Numbered from the stretch's first letter, positions 37,239 to 47,424 are shown. The stretch is 64,000 nt of DNA from Planctomycetota bacterium (GCA_965223505.1 CBDCWP010000041.1:100994-164993), one strand, 5' to 3'. Notes: generated by a model from the letters alone, not told the origin. Numbers and translations are program-made.

Positions 37239-40017
37239 TGTCCGGAACCTCGCGCGGCAGATGCACGCCGCGTTCGTCGTGGACCAGCTCCTGGTCTCCG
37301 AGGTCGATCGACGGCACCGTCACCGGGACCACCGGCTTCGGCAACGCCGTCTTCGAACGCTTCGCCTCGTTCGACGGGCTGAACTCGGTGATCTGGCGCC
37401 AACAGCGGCCGATGTCGTCGCCGAGCACCAACAAGAGATCGTCCGGCGCCGCGGTCGCCAGCGCCGTCTCGAGCGCGAGCTGCTCGTCCGGGATGATCTG
37501 GATCGCGTCTTCCTCGACGCCGGCCTCCCTGAGGTGCTTGGCCAACATGTTCGGAATCTCGTCGGGGTCGCGGCCGCGCAGCGAGTCGTCCCGCCGCACG
37601 ACGTAGTGGTCGAAGTGGCCGGCGGCCAGGGTCGCGATCTCCGCGATGTCCTCGTCGCGCCGGTCGCCCGGCGCCGCGAGAACGACGATCCGACGGCCCG
37701 TCGTATCGAGGCGATCCGTGAGATCGACCATCGACTTCACCGCCGCCGGGTTGTGGGCGTAGTCGAGGATCACCTTGAACGGATGCTCGTCGAACACGTT
37801 CATGCGTCCCGGCGCCTGGAACCACGACGTGTCGAACGTCTTCAGCCCCTGCCGCACGTCCTCGAGAGACACGCCCATGCGATAGGTGATCGCCGCGGCG
37901 AACATCGCGTTCTGCACGTTGTGCATCGCCTTGCCGTCGAGCGTCGCGGGAATCTCGTTCGTCCAAAGCAGCGGCATGTGCGCGCTGTTCTCGTGGATGT
38001 CGATGCGGTGCCCGTGAATGCCCTCCTCGAGGACGACGGCACAACCGCCCGAACGGATGTGCTCCCGCACCAACGGGTTCCGCGAGCTCATCGTCACATA
38101 GCAGAGGTGCTCCGCGTCCGAGTACGCCGCCATCTTCAAGCACAGCGGATCGTCGGCGTTGAGCACGGCCGTGTCCTGCGCGGTCTCGATGACGATGCGC
38201 TTGACCTGCGCGAGCTGCTCGAGGGTGTCGACGCCGCGCAAACCGAGGTGGTCGGCCTGCACGTTCAACACGGCCCCCACGTTGCAGCGCCGGTAGCCCA
38301 TGCCGCGCTTGAGCATCCCGCCGCGCGCGGTTTCCAGCACGGCGACGTCGACGGACGGATCGCGAAGCACCATGCGGGCGGCGACGGGGCCGGTCAGGTC
38401 GCCCGCCAGCGTCTGGTGGCCGTCGATGTACACACCGTCGGTCGTCGCGAGTCCGACCGCGTGCCGCGCCATCTTGAAGATGTGCGCCGCCATGCGGACC
38501 GTCGTCGTCTTGCCGTTCGTGCCGGTGACGGACGCGATCGGAATCCGGCTCGGCGAGCCCGGCGGGAACAGCATGTCCATCACCGCGCCCGCGACGTCCC
38601 GCGGCTCGCCCTTGCTCGGCGCGACGTGCATGCGGAACCCCGGCGCCGCGTTGACCTCGCAGATCGCGCCGCCGGTCTCGGCGTACGACTTCGAGATGTC
38701 CGTCGTCAGGAAGTCGACGCCGGCGACATCGAGGCCGATGGCCTCGGCCGCGCGAATCGCCATCTGCCGGTTGTCCGGATGCACGATGTCGGTCACGTCG
38801 GTCGCCGTGCCGCCGGTCGACAGGTTGCCCGTGGTGCGCAACCAGACGATCTCGTCCTTCTTGGGCACGCTGTCGGGCCGCAGTCCGGCCTGCTTCATCA
38901 GGCGCTTCGCCTGGTGATCGAACTCGAGCTTGGTGAGCACCTTCTCGTGGCCGACGCCGCGGCGCGGGTCTTCGTTCGTGATGTCGACGAGCTCTTCGAC
39001 GGTGTGCGCGCCGTCGCCGACGACGTGGCCGGGGACGCGCTGCGCCACCGCGACCAGCTCGCCGTTCACGACGAGCATCCGGTGGTCGAACCCGCGGATG
39101 AAACTCTCGACCAGCACGGAACGCGAGTGCTTGCGCGCGTTCGTGTACGCCACGCGCACCTGTTGCGGACGCTCGAGGTTCGTCGAGCAGCCGCGCCCGT
39201 GGTTGGCATTGAGCGGCTTGACGACGACCGGGTATCCGATGCGCTCGGCCGCCTTCGCGGCCCCCTCTTCGCTGTAGACGAGCCGCTGGCGCGCGACGGG
39301 CAAGCCGAGGTCCCCGAGGATCTGGTTCGTCTCTTCCTTGTCGCTCGCGATCTCGACCGCGATGTGACGCGTCTCGCTCGTCACCGTCGCCTGGATGCGG
39401 CGCTGGTACTTGCCGTGGCCGAACTGGACGAGGCTGTAGCGGTTGAGGCGCAGATACGGGATGTTGCGCTCTTCGGCCGCCTTCACCAGCGACGCGGTGC
39501 TCGGACCGAGGGCACGCCGCTGCGCCGAGCGAATGAACTCGTCGAGCGCTTCCGCGAAGTCGAAGTCGTGCGGCACCGAGCGCTCCGGCCGCAGCGCCTC
39601 GGGCAGCAGCGAACAGATCAGCTTGATCGCGAGCTTGGCCGCGTCGAGGCCGACGTCTTCCTGCTCGTACTCGTAGACGACCGTGTACACGCCCGGTTCG
39701 CCGGTCGAGCGCGTCTTGCCGAAGGTGACGTCGCCGCCGGCCGCGTTCTGGAGCTCGATCGCGACGTGCTCGAAGACGTGACCCAGCCACGTCCCTTCGT
39801 CTTCGTGCAGCCGCTTCACGAAGCCGCCCGGCTCGCCGTAGCTGCAGCCGTGCACCGCGAGGTTGGGCAGCGCCTCGAGCAGCGCCCCCGTGAACTCGTC
39901 GCCCAGGCGACCGGTCGGCCATTCCTCGAGCTCCCCCAGCTCGACCGTCATGCGAATGACGCGGAAGAGCGCGTAGAGGTTGGGGCCCAGGTAGACGGAC
40001 GTGTCGCGGATCCTCAT
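37228..40017 (-). CDS. cphA: Cyanophycin synthetase
   Basis: GPN, HGCS...GTWLGHVFEH, LGPST, ATP-grasp (VVKP..NHGRG, NLSTGG, EVNAAPGFRMH), Mur domain (TGTNGKTT, DYAHN); 929 aa. Confidence 0.97.
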   Translation of the reverse strand: MRIRDTSVYLGPNLYALFRVIRMTVELGELEEWPTGRLGDEFTGALLEALPNLAVHGCSYGEPGGFVKRLHEDEGTWLGHVFEHVAIELQNAAGGDVTFGKTRSTGEPGVYTVVYEYEQEDVGLDAAKLAIKLICSLLPEALRPERSVPHDFDFAEALDEFIRSAQRRALGPSTASLVKAAEERNIPYLRLNRYSLVQFGHGKYQRRIQATVTSETRHIAVEIASDKEETNQILGDLGLPVARQRLVYSEEGAAKAAERIGYPVVVKPLNANHGRGCSTNLERPQQVRVAYTNARKHSRSVLVESFIRGFDHRMLVVNGELVAVAQRVPGHVVGDGAHTVEELVDITNEDPRRGVGHEKVLTKLEFDHQAKRLMKQAGLRPDSVPKKDEIVWLRTTGNLSTGGTATDVTDIVHPDNRQMAIRAAEAIGLDVAGVDFLTTDISKSYAETGGAICEVNAAPGFRMHVAPSKGEPRDVAGAVMDMLFPPGSPSRIPIASVTGTNGKTTTVRMAAHIFKMARHAVGLATTDGVYIDGHQTLAGDLTGPVAARMVLRDPSVDVAVLETARGGMLKRGMGYRRCNVGAVLNVQADHLGLRGVDTLEQLAQVKRIVIETAQDTAVLNADDPLCLKMAAYSDAEHLCYVTMSSRNPLVREHIRSGGCAVVLEEGIHGHRIDIHENSAHMPLLWTNEIPATLDGKAMHNVQNAMFAAAITYRMGVSLEDVRQGLKTFDTSWFQAPGRMNVFDEHPFKVILDYAHNPAAVKSMVDLTDRLDTTGRRIVVLAAPGDRRDEDIAEIATLAAGHFDHYVVRRDDSLRGRDPDEIPNMLAKHLREAGVEEDAIQIIPDEQLALETALATAAPDDLLLVLGDDIGRCWRQITEFSPSNEAKRSKTALPKPVVPVTVPSIDLGDQELVHDERGVHLPREVPDSDD

Positions 40018-40019
40018 GG

Positions 40020-40859
40020 TCACCTTCTCGGTTTCGGCGGCGGCGGGTGCGCCTTGCGGGACTTGACGTCGAAAGTCGCGCCCTCCGTGAGGACGTGCAC
40101 GCGCAAGCCGATGATGCAGACCGGGTCGTCGCGGTACGAAGAGTCCATGGACGTGAAGTCGACGTCGAGGGGATCGACGATCGTCAGCGCGCCGGTCCCG
40201 CGCACCTCCAGAACGTCGTCCGCGGCGAGAAAGGCCGCCGTGTCCTCGTCGAGCCCGACGCCGATGGCCTCCGGGTTGTAGGCAAGCGCCGCCAGGAGAC
40301 GGCCGAGCCGATCGCGCTGCCGGAAGTGCTGATCGACGATCAGCTTCTCGGTCAAGCCGAGCCCGGGCGCGAGCGTCACGATGTCGGCGGTGGGCGTCGA
40401 ACCTTCGTCGCCGAACGCGATCATGTGCTCCGACATGACCGCCGCACCGGCCGACGTGCCGGCGATGTGCTGGCCCTCGAGGTTGCGCCGCCGAAGTGTC
40501 TTCGCGACGACGGTGCCGCCGAGCGTCGTCGATAGGCGAAGTTGGTTGCCGCCGGTCAGAAAGACGCCGTCGGCGCGCTCGAGGACCTCGAGCCAGTCCT
40601 CTCGCTTGCAATCCGAGCGCCGCTCGTACGGCAAGCTCGTCGCGCGTCTCACGCCGATCTCGCTGAACGTGCGCTCGTACTTTCGGCCGGTGTCGCGCAA
40701 GCGCGACGCCGTCGGGATGATCGCGATGTGCGCGTCCTTGCCGCCGCAAACGGAGACGAAGCGCTCGAGGATTCGCGGATCCCGGCCACGCTCCTCGGCG
40801 CCGCCGATCGGGACGATGTAGCCGCGCGTGGCCGAATGATGTTCGTCGTCGATTCTCAA
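40020..40859 (-). CDS. cphB: Cyanophycinase (peptidase S51); TTG start uncertain
   Basis: PIGGAE, IIPTAS, TGGNQLRL, GTSAGA, DQHFRQRDRLGRL, GLDEDTA. Confidence 0.93.
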   Translation of the reverse strand: MRIDDEHHSATRGYIVPIGGAEERGRDPRILERFVSVCGGKDAHIAIIPTASRLRDTGRKYERTFSEIGVRRATSLPYERRSDCKREDWLEVLERADGVFLTGGNQLRLSTTLGGTVVAKTLRRRNLEGQHIAGTSAGAAVMSEHMIAFGDEGSTPTADIVTLAPGLGLTEKLIVDQHFRQRDRLGRLLAALAYNPEAIGVGLDEDTAAFLAADDVLEVRGTGALTIVDPLDVDFTSMDSSYRDDPVCIIGLRVHVLTEGATFDVKSRKAHPPPPKPRR

Positions 40860-40927
40860 GTACCGAGCTCCCGCTGGCGGGGCACTAGGATCGGCACCCC
40901 GCCGATTGCCGTCAAGCTGACGGCCAC

Positions 40928-42097
40928 CTACCCGTCGTGCTCGAACGGACCGCGCACGACGGGGGCCGCGTCTCTGACCATCCACTGCCCGCCCGCCATG
41001 ACGTCCGCCACCCGATGATCGTCGGTCAGGACGACAAGGTCCGCGGCGGCATCGACCTCGATGCGGCCCTTTCCCGCCAGCCGCAGGTGCGCGGCCGGAT
41101 TCGTGGTGAACGGCGGCAGCACCTGCGACAGATTCCGGCCGCGCTCGAGCAGACGCCGCAGCGTGTCGGCCAGCGTCGCGGGACGGCCGACGTCCATGTG
41201 AAGCGCACGCCCCTCGTCGTCGAACACCGGCAGGCACCCCCCACCGTCCGAGCTGACGGTGAGCCGCGCGGCCGGCAGGTCCGCGTCGAGGTACTGCTCG
41301 ATTGCATCCGCCGCATCGACGACGTCCGCGTCGTCGTCGTCCGGCGGAAACGCGGTGACGTCGATCGTGCAGCCGTCGCGCGCCAGCGCGAACGCCTCTT
41401 CGAGAAGCGGCGCGCGACGATTGACGTGCGTCGGGTGGTAGACACGCGCGGGAATCTCGGCCGTTTCGAGCGCGGCGCGGATCAGCGCGAGACCGCGTTC
41501 GCCGTCGCCCACGTGCAGATGCAACACGCCGGCCTTGCCCGTCATGAGACCGCCGACGTGGCAGTCGGCCGCGACGCGCACGAGCTCGTCGAGCGTCGGC
41601 TGGCTGGACCGATGATCGCTGATCGCGACCTCGCCCGCGCCGATGACGAGATCGAGGTGAACGATGTCGCTGCGCACGCCGCCGGTCAGCGTCGCCGGCG
41701 GTAGGTGATAGCCGCCGGTCCAGCAGTACGTCGTGAGACCGAGCGAACGAAGGGCGCGCGCGGCGGCGAGCAGCTCTCCCGTCGTGCGGACGGTGTCGTC
41801 GGTGCCGAGCAGCCCGACGGCGGTCGTCACCCCGGCGGTCGTGAGCTCGGTGAGTTGCAGCGGCGGTACGCGTGACGCGTAGCCGGTCTCGCCGCCTCCG
41901 CCGGTGAGATGCGTATGCGCATCGACGAGACCGGGGATGACGCGGCGGCCTTCGAGGTCGACGACCTCGATGTCGAGCGTCGCGTCGAGCTCCGGCGTCT
42001 CGGACCCCATCCACACGATGCGCCCGCCCGCGACCAGCAGGTGCAGGACGCCGAGCGGCTCGGGGGCGTGGACGGTGGCGTTGGCGAGCAGCAACAT
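40928..42097 (-). CDS. iadA: Isoaspartyl dipeptidase (beta-aspartyl peptidase)
   Basis: DAHTHLTGGGGE, GLLGTD, GEVAISDHRSS, GKAG...HVG, PTHVNR, SSDGGG. Confidence 0.93.
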   Translation of the reverse strand: MLLLANATVHAPEPLGVLHLLVAGGRIVWMGSETPELDATLDIEVVDLEGRRVIPGLVDAHTHLTGGGGETGYASRVPPLQLTELTTAGVTTAVGLLGTDDTVRTTGELLAAARALRSLGLTTYCWTGGYHLPPATLTGGVRSDIVHLDLVIGAGEVAISDHRSSQPTLDELVRVAADCHVGGLMTGKAGVLHLHVGDGERGLALIRAALETAEIPARVYHPTHVNRRAPLLEEAFALARDGCTIDVTAFPPDDDDADVVDAADAIEQYLDADLPAARLTVSSDGGGCLPVFDDEGRALHMDVGRPATLADTLRRLLERGRNLSQVLPPFTTNPAAHLRLAGKGRIEVDAAADLVVLTDDHRVADVMAGGQWMVRDAAPVVRGPFEHDG

Positions 42098-42160
42098 GAC
42101 GGCCCGGGAGTATCCGCTGCGGCGGGACCGCGTTCGCAGGGATATCCCGACCGTGACCGC

Positions 42161-43483
42161 TCAGGCGGTGTGAGGCGAGAACAACGCCTCCAGCCGATTC
42201 GCGAGCTCCTCGTCTTGCAGCTTGACGGCGACCAGGCCGGCCTGCAGCCCGGCGCTCGCGTGCTTCCAAGGTTCGTCGTCCGTGGCAACGACCCGTTCGT
42301 ACAGCCCGAGCGCCTCGTCGTAGTTGCCGAGATACAGGTTCGCCTCGGCTCTCGTTGCGACGGTCCACAAGTTCTCGTCCGCCTTGTCGCAGGCGTCGAG
42401 CGCCACCTGCGCGAACGCGCGAGCCTCGTCCGCGTCGTCGTAGGCCACGAGGTGCAGGAACGCGACGTTGATCGCGTGGTAGTAGATCTGATCGTGGTCG
42501 TCCGCCGCCTGCGCGGTCTTCAGTGCTTCGCTGTAGAGGAGAAGCGCGTGGTCGGCATCCGAGCTGTCGTTGGTGCCGAAGTAGTCGCGCTTGTACGCGC
42601 CGGCGAGGGTGCCCTGCACGTCGGTGCCGAGATCCTTGTGCTCGTGCAGGAGCGCTTTCGCCTCCTTGCGCTTGTCCTGCAAGCGCAGCTCGATGGCGGC
42701 GCGCACGACCTCCTTCTGCGTCGTCGGCGGCGCCTTGGCCGCGAAGGCTGCCTCGGCTTGCTTCGCTTCGTCGGCGAGCTTCTCCTTGCCCTTGGCGCCG
42801 AGCGCGGTCGCGATCAGGCGGACGCTGTCCGTCTGATCGTTTGCCGGCTTCACGATCTCGAGGTGGTCGCCGCCGACGACCTTGTGGGTCTCCGGCGGAA
42901 ACGGATCGAGCGACGACTCGGGCGGGACGAACTGGTCTCGGTCGCCCGCGACGGTGTAGAAGTCGAAGTGCCCGTTGTCGCCGAAGTTCGTGGTCCAGGC
43001 CGCGCGCAACGCCGTGACGAACGGGCTACCCTGCGACATGTTCTTGAGCTGTCGCTTCCAGAACTTGAACCACTTGGCCTTCTTGAGACCGCCGCTCGGC
43101 GTGCCGAAGAGCAGCACGTGGCTCACGCGCTCGGCCAGCGCCGGCTTGTCCACCAAGGTCTTCTGGACGACGAGTCCGCCCATGCTGTGTGCGATGAGGG
43201 CGATCTCTGCGTAGCCGTCGAGCGGCTCGATGCTGAGTTGGGTGTCGACCAGCTTCGCGACGATGGGCAGATCGGGGTCCGCAGCCCAGATGCCGACGAT
43301 GTCGGGCAGGAGCGTCGTCGCGTAGCCGAGCGTGTAGACGTCCCACTCGGGGATCTTCTTCGCAACGTATTCGGGCAGGTTCGCCCAGGTGTCGTCCCGG
43401 CCTCCGGAGAACCCGTGGATGAGCACGATCGCCTTGCTGTTGCCGTCCCGCGTCGTAACGGCTCGCAGGTCTTGTTCCGACAC
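42161..43483 (-). CDS. Alpha/beta hydrolase (lipase-like) fused to TPR-S / MAP3K TRAF-binding-like domain
   Basis: LIHGF, AHSMGG, FGTP, D and H triad candidates; C-terminal GTLAGAYKR, YYHAINVAFL, WTVATRAEA. Confidence 0.8.
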   Translation of the reverse strand: MSEQDLRAVTTRDGNSKAIVLIHGFSGGRDDTWANLPEYVAKKIPEWDVYTLGYATTLLPDIVGIWAADPDLPIVAKLVDTQLSIEPLDGYAEIALIAHSMGGLVVQKTLVDKPALAERVSHVLLFGTPSGGLKKAKWFKFWKRQLKNMSQGSPFVTALRAAWTTNFGDNGHFDFYTVAGDRDQFVPPESSLDPFPPETHKVVGGDHLEIVKPANDQTDSVRLIATALGAKGKEKLADEAKQAEAAFAAKAPPTTQKEVVRAAIELRLQDKRKEAKALLHEHKDLGTDVQGTLAGAYKRDYFGTNDSSDADHALLLYSEALKTAQAADDHDQIYYHAINVAFLHLVAYDDADEARAFAQVALDACDKADENLWTVATRAEANLYLGNYDEALGLYERVVATDDEPWKHASAGLQAGLVAVKLQDEELANRLEALFSPHTA

Positions 43484-43606
43484 GACACCCCCCTCCAAAA
43501 CAGTCCCCCCAGCCTGCCAACCTGGAAGCCCGCTGGCAAGGCCGCGGATGTCGGCGGTGCCGCCTACCGTACCGGGCGCAGCGAAGCGAGGAGGCGCCCG
43601 CAACCC

Positions 43607-44164
43607 ATGGTGCTCGTCATTGGAATCACCGGCCGCAACTGCGCGGGCAAGGACTCCGCCGCGGAGTCCCTCGTCCGGCGCGGCTTCGAGCGGCACAGCC
43701 TCTCGGACGTGTTGCGCGAGGAGCTGCGAGCGCGCGGCGAGGCCATCACGCGGCCGGCCCTGATCGCCGTCGGCAACGAGCTGCGCGAGCACGAAGGGCC
43801 CGGCGTCCTCGCACGCCGCGTCCAGGCCATGATGAAGACGGAGCGCGTCGCGCTCGTGAGCGTTCGCAACCCCGCCGAGGTCGAGTGCCTGCGCGAGCTG
43901 CCGAACTTCTTCCTGCTCGGTGTCGACGCGCCGCTGGAGGTGCGCTTCGCCCGCGAGAGTGGACGCGCCCGCGAGTCGGCGCCCGCGACGCTGGACGAGT
44001 TCAAGGCGCTCGAGGAGCGTGAGAACACGGCCGATCCCAACGCACAACAGCTCGACGCGACGATGGCGCTCGCGGATCACGTCGTCGTCAACGACGGAAC
44101 GCTCGAGCAATTCGAGGAGCGCGTCGCCGCATTCGTGAACGCGCTGCAGGCGGAGGCGACATGA
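43607..44164 (+). CDS. P-loop nucleotide kinase (dephospho-CoA/NMP kinase-like)
   Basis: VIGITGRNCAGKD, SLSD, GNELR, SVRNPAEV, RFAR, NDGT. Confidence 0.85.
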   Translation: MVLVIGITGRNCAGKDSAAESLVRRGFERHSLSDVLREELRARGEAITRPALIAVGNELREHEGPGVLARRVQAMMKTERVALVSVRNPAEVECLRELPNFFLLGVDAPLEVRFARESGRARESAPATLDEFKALEERENTADPNAQQLDATMALADHVVVNDGTLEQFEERVAAFVNALQAEAT

Positions 44165-44703
44165 TCAATCGAACCGAGGGCGACGGAAACGGCGTCGATC
44201 TCGCCTACGGGCAGAATCCGGACCACGTGCGCCCGGACTGGAAAGAGTACTTCCTCAAGGTCATGGACACCGTCGCCGAACGCGCCAACTGCGATCGGGG
44301 TCGGGCAGCCGCCATCATCGTCAAGGACAAGCGCATCATCTCGACGGGCTACGTGGGCGCGCCGGCCGGACTTCCGACGTGCGACGAGATCGGGCACCTC
44401 ATCAAGGAGTCGTACGACGAGCGCGGCGGCAAGCACAAGCACTGCGTCCGAACGACCCATGCCGAAGCGAACGCGATCGCGCAGGCGGCCAAGCACGGCA
44501 CCGCCATCGACGGCGCGACGATCTACATCCGCATGACGCCCTGTCTGGACTGCACGAAACTGCTCATCAACGCCGGCATCCGGCACGTCGTGTGCCGCAG
44601 GCGTTATCACGCCGATCACGACAGCGTGCAGATGCTCGCAGAGGCCGGCGTGACGCTCGACGTCCTGTCGCAGGAGACGCAGACGTACGACCAGATGCGG
44701 TAG
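44161..44703 (+). CDS. dCMP deaminase (ComEB-like) family protein
   Basis: RPDWKEYF, STGY, HAEANAI, PCLDC zinc motif; ATGA overlap with kinase. Confidence 0.9.
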   Translation: MINRTEGDGNGVDLAYGQNPDHVRPDWKEYFLKVMDTVAERANCDRGRAAAIIVKDKRIISTGYVGAPAGLPTCDEIGHLIKESYDERGGKHKHCVRTTHAEANAIAQAAKHGTAIDGATIYIRMTPCLDCTKLLINAGIRHVVCRRRYHADHDSVQMLAEAGVTLDVLSQETQTYDQMR

Positions 44704-44761
44704 CCCGTTCGCGCGATTGCCCGCGCTCCACCCAAGCGAACGGGCCCCCCGGCGCCGCGGT

Positions 44762-46150
44762 TCAGCGTGCGAGGTTGACGTTGACGTACGAAGGGTCGTT
44801 CGTGACCTGGCGCACCACGTGCGGAGCCAGCCACGCCGGCGGCTCGACGCGCGCCTGCTCGTCGTCGAGCTCCACCTCGGCGAGCAGCAGATCGCGGTCC
44901 AGGAACTCGTCGAGCTCCCAATCGTGCTCGCCCTCGCGGACGACGTGCCGGCGCTTGAGAACGCGTGCACCCTCCGTGAGCGGCCAGGTCCGCGCGAAGA
45001 ACGCCTCCGAGACCTCCTCTTCGACCTCGACGCGGCGAACGCCCTTCCCGAACTTGATCGAGCGCGTGTACTGCACGCCGCGGTCCGTGGTCTTGCGGCG
45101 CAACCGCTCACGGAACCGATCGCCGGGGAGCCAACCCTGGTGGATCTCGACGACGCGCGCCGCGCCTTCCGAGCTCACGCAGGCGGGTAGCGCGTCGAGC
45201 AGGTATTTGTGCTCGATCTCATACGGATCGGTCGCCTCGGTCGCGAGGTCGTGCACGAGGGTGCCAACGGCCTCGAGCAGGTCGGCGGCGCCCGTCTCTA
45301 GCCAGCGCGAACGCAGGCGCTTGAATAGCCGCTTCTCCCGCCGACGCACGCGGCGGCGCAGTTCCTCGACCCCGAGGCGCTCGCCGCTCTCGGGATCGAC
45401 CGCGGAACCGTCCAGCACGTCGGTCAGCTCGCTCTCCAGCACGAAGGCGTCGTTGAGGTCGCCGAGCAGCCCCTGCATCGCGCGGCACTGCTCCAGCACG
45501 GGATCCGCGGCGGCGACGACGCCCTGCAACGGCTCCAGGAGGTAGCGCAGGCGCTTACCCGCGATGCGCAGCTTGTGGATGCGGCGGCGGTGCTTGCGCT
45601 TGCGCACGCGGCGCAGGATGCGCGACAGGCGTTGCGCGTGACGGCACACCGACGCGAGCAGCGCGTCCGCGAACGTCGTGCCTTCGTCCGGCCCGTCGCT
45701 CTTCAACAGCGTGCGCAGGGTCGCGTCGAGACGGTCGAACGTCGTGCGCCCGGTCGTCCGAGCGGCGGTCATGGCGTCGCGCCAGCGCGGGTCGAGACGC
45801 GCGTTGACGACGAGGTCGATGCCCGCATGGTGCGCGGTCTCCGCGCTCTCCCGCTCGCCGGCGATCCACGACAAGGCGACCTGCGCGTCGCGCCCGGCGC
45901 CGCTCTCGCGCTGCAGGTCGTCCCACGCGCGAGCGTGCTCTCGCGGCACGACACCGGCGAGGAGTGCGCGCCATGCCCGCAGCGTCGTGCGCAGACGGCG
46001 CACGGCAACACGGAAGTCGTGAAGCGCCTCCTCGTCCGCCTCGTCGGCTAGCCGCGGCGCCGCGGCGCGGGCCTGCTCCAGGTAGCGCAGCGCGATCGAA
46101 CGCGCGGCGTCGAAGGGCGTTGCCCGGAGCAGATTCCGTTCCGTCGTCAT
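44762..46150 (-). CDS. CHAD-CYTH domain fusion protein
   Basis: CHAD: LHDFRVAVRRLR, RD, HKLRIAGKRLRY, QGLLGDLND. CYTH: EIEHKYLL, KRRH, WELDEF, LAEVEL. Confidence 0.9.
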   Translation of the reverse strand: MTTERNLLRATPFDAARSIALRYLEQARAAAPRLADEADEEALHDFRVAVRRLRTTLRAWRALLAGVVPREHARAWDDLQRESGAGRDAQVALSWIAGERESAETAHHAGIDLVVNARLDPRWRDAMTAARTTGRTTFDRLDATLRTLLKSDGPDEGTTFADALLASVCRHAQRLSRILRRVRKRKHRRRIHKLRIAGKRLRYLLEPLQGVVAAADPVLEQCRAMQGLLGDLNDAFVLESELTDVLDGSAVDPESGERLGVEELRRRVRRREKRLFKRLRSRWLETGAADLLEAVGTLVHDLATEATDPYEIEHKYLLDALPACVSSEGAARVVEIHQGWLPGDRFRERLRRKTTDRGVQYTRSIKFGKGVRRVEVEEEVSEAFFARTWPLTEGARVLKRRHVVREGEHDWELDEFLDRDLLLAEVELDDEQARVEPPAWLAPHVVRQVTNDPSYVNVNLAR

Positions 46151-46157
46151 GAGTCCT

Positions 46158-47414
46158 CTAGTGGTGAACGTCACGCGGCGACATCACGAGCTTCTGCCCA
46201 TCGACGTGATGGCGGCGGAACCCGAGCAAATGGAAGATCTCCCGGGAGAACCAACGCGCCCGCTTGCGGTTCACGATGAAGCTGCCCGGCATCTGGGGGT
46301 GGCGCGCCACGCCGGGGAACCAGTGCGCGATGCGCTCGAGGCGCAAGCGCCGAAGGGCCGCCGAGATCCGCAGCCAGAACGGACGCACCGGCTGAATGAG
46401 GAAGTAGCCGTCCTCGCCCTGCTTCTGATACAGGGGCATGAGGATCAATCCACCGACGCGCGCGGAAATGACGTCTCCGTTGCGGCTGGCGAGGGCTTCG
46501 CCCGCGCGCACTGTCTGGAAGCTGCAGTACCCCGGACTCATGACGAAGCCGTCGCCCGCTTCGACCGGCTCGCGGTGCCGCACCTCCACGACCGGCGGGA
46601 GCGCGCCCCGGTTCTCCAGGAGAAGCGCGCGGCCCGCGGCCACCTCCGGCCGAACGCCCCGGGCCAGCACGCCGGCGGACTCGAGCGCCAGCCAGATCGC
46701 GGCTCGCGCGCGCTCGACACTGCCGGGGTCAGCGTGCTGTCCCGCCTCGAATCCGATCGCCGTCATGCCCCGTTCGACGAGGCGGCCGATCAGCGTGCCC
46801 GAGATCTCCTCCTCCAAACCGAGCACCTGCGGCGACGGGATCTCGCTCGCGAATTCGCGGTTCGCGAGGGTGTCGTCGAGCGTCGTGAACGCCGGTCCGC
46901 CTCCGGAGGTCGAATGCAGGTCCAGCACGACAACAAACGCTCCCGCAGCTTCGAAGACGCGGCTCAAATGCGCGTCGAGCTCGGCTTGCTCGCGATCCTC
47001 GCTCTGCTCGGATCCCGCGCCGTCGCGCAGCCGCGACAGCCGCTCGTCCGTCCACGCACGGTTGAGGTCGACGTCGACGAAACGTCGCGCGCGGGCGAGC
47101 GCGGCCCGGTTGCCGGAGAAGCCGATCAGACAGCCCTGCATGCCGCGGCCGTCGGCGGCGAGCTCCTCGAAGACGCGCTGCAGGGCAAGGACGCCGGACG
47201 GCTCGTTGCCGTGAATGCCGCCGACGCAAACGAGCGTGGGCCCGCGGCCCGGGGTGCCCACCTGACCGAGAACGCGCGGCACCTCGACCGGAGCCGGCTG
47301 GCCGACGGGCGCGGCGGCGCTCGTCACGCAGGGCGCCTCCGACGCCGGTGTTCGGAAGCCCGACGACGGCGCGCCGGATGCTGCTGAGTCTTCGAGTCCG
47401 CGCATTGGTTCCAT
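46158..47414 (-). CDS. Succinylglutamate desuccinylase/aspartoacylase (AstE/AspA) family protein; start uncertain
   Basis: GGIHGNEPSG, DLNRAW, LDLHST, FEAGQH. Confidence 0.85.
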   Translation of the reverse strand: MEPMRGLEDSAASGAPSSGFRTPASEAPCVTSAAAPVGQPAPVEVPRVLGQVGTPGRGPTLVCVGGIHGNEPSGVLALQRVFEELAADGRGMQGCLIGFSGNRAALARARRFVDVDLNRAWTDERLSRLRDGAGSEQSEDREQAELDAHLSRVFEAAGAFVVVLDLHSTSGGGPAFTTLDDTLANREFASEIPSPQVLGLEEEISGTLIGRLVERGMTAIGFEAGQHADPGSVERARAAIWLALESAGVLARGVRPEVAAGRALLLENRGALPPVVEVRHREPVEAGDGFVMSPGYCSFQTVRAGEALASRNGDVISARVGGLILMPLYQKQGEDGYFLIQPVRPFWLRISAALRRLRLERIAHWFPGVARHPQMPGSFIVNRKRARWFSREIFHLLGFRRHHVDGQKLVMSPRDVHH

Positions 47415-47424
47415 CGACGAACCG

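Noticed and set aside
40018..42368. Apparent long fusions (37228-40749, 40020-42368, 41909-44164, 28254-31040)
   Set aside because: Stop-free upstream extensions; the recognisable domains start at downstream starts and the extensions overlap other real genes
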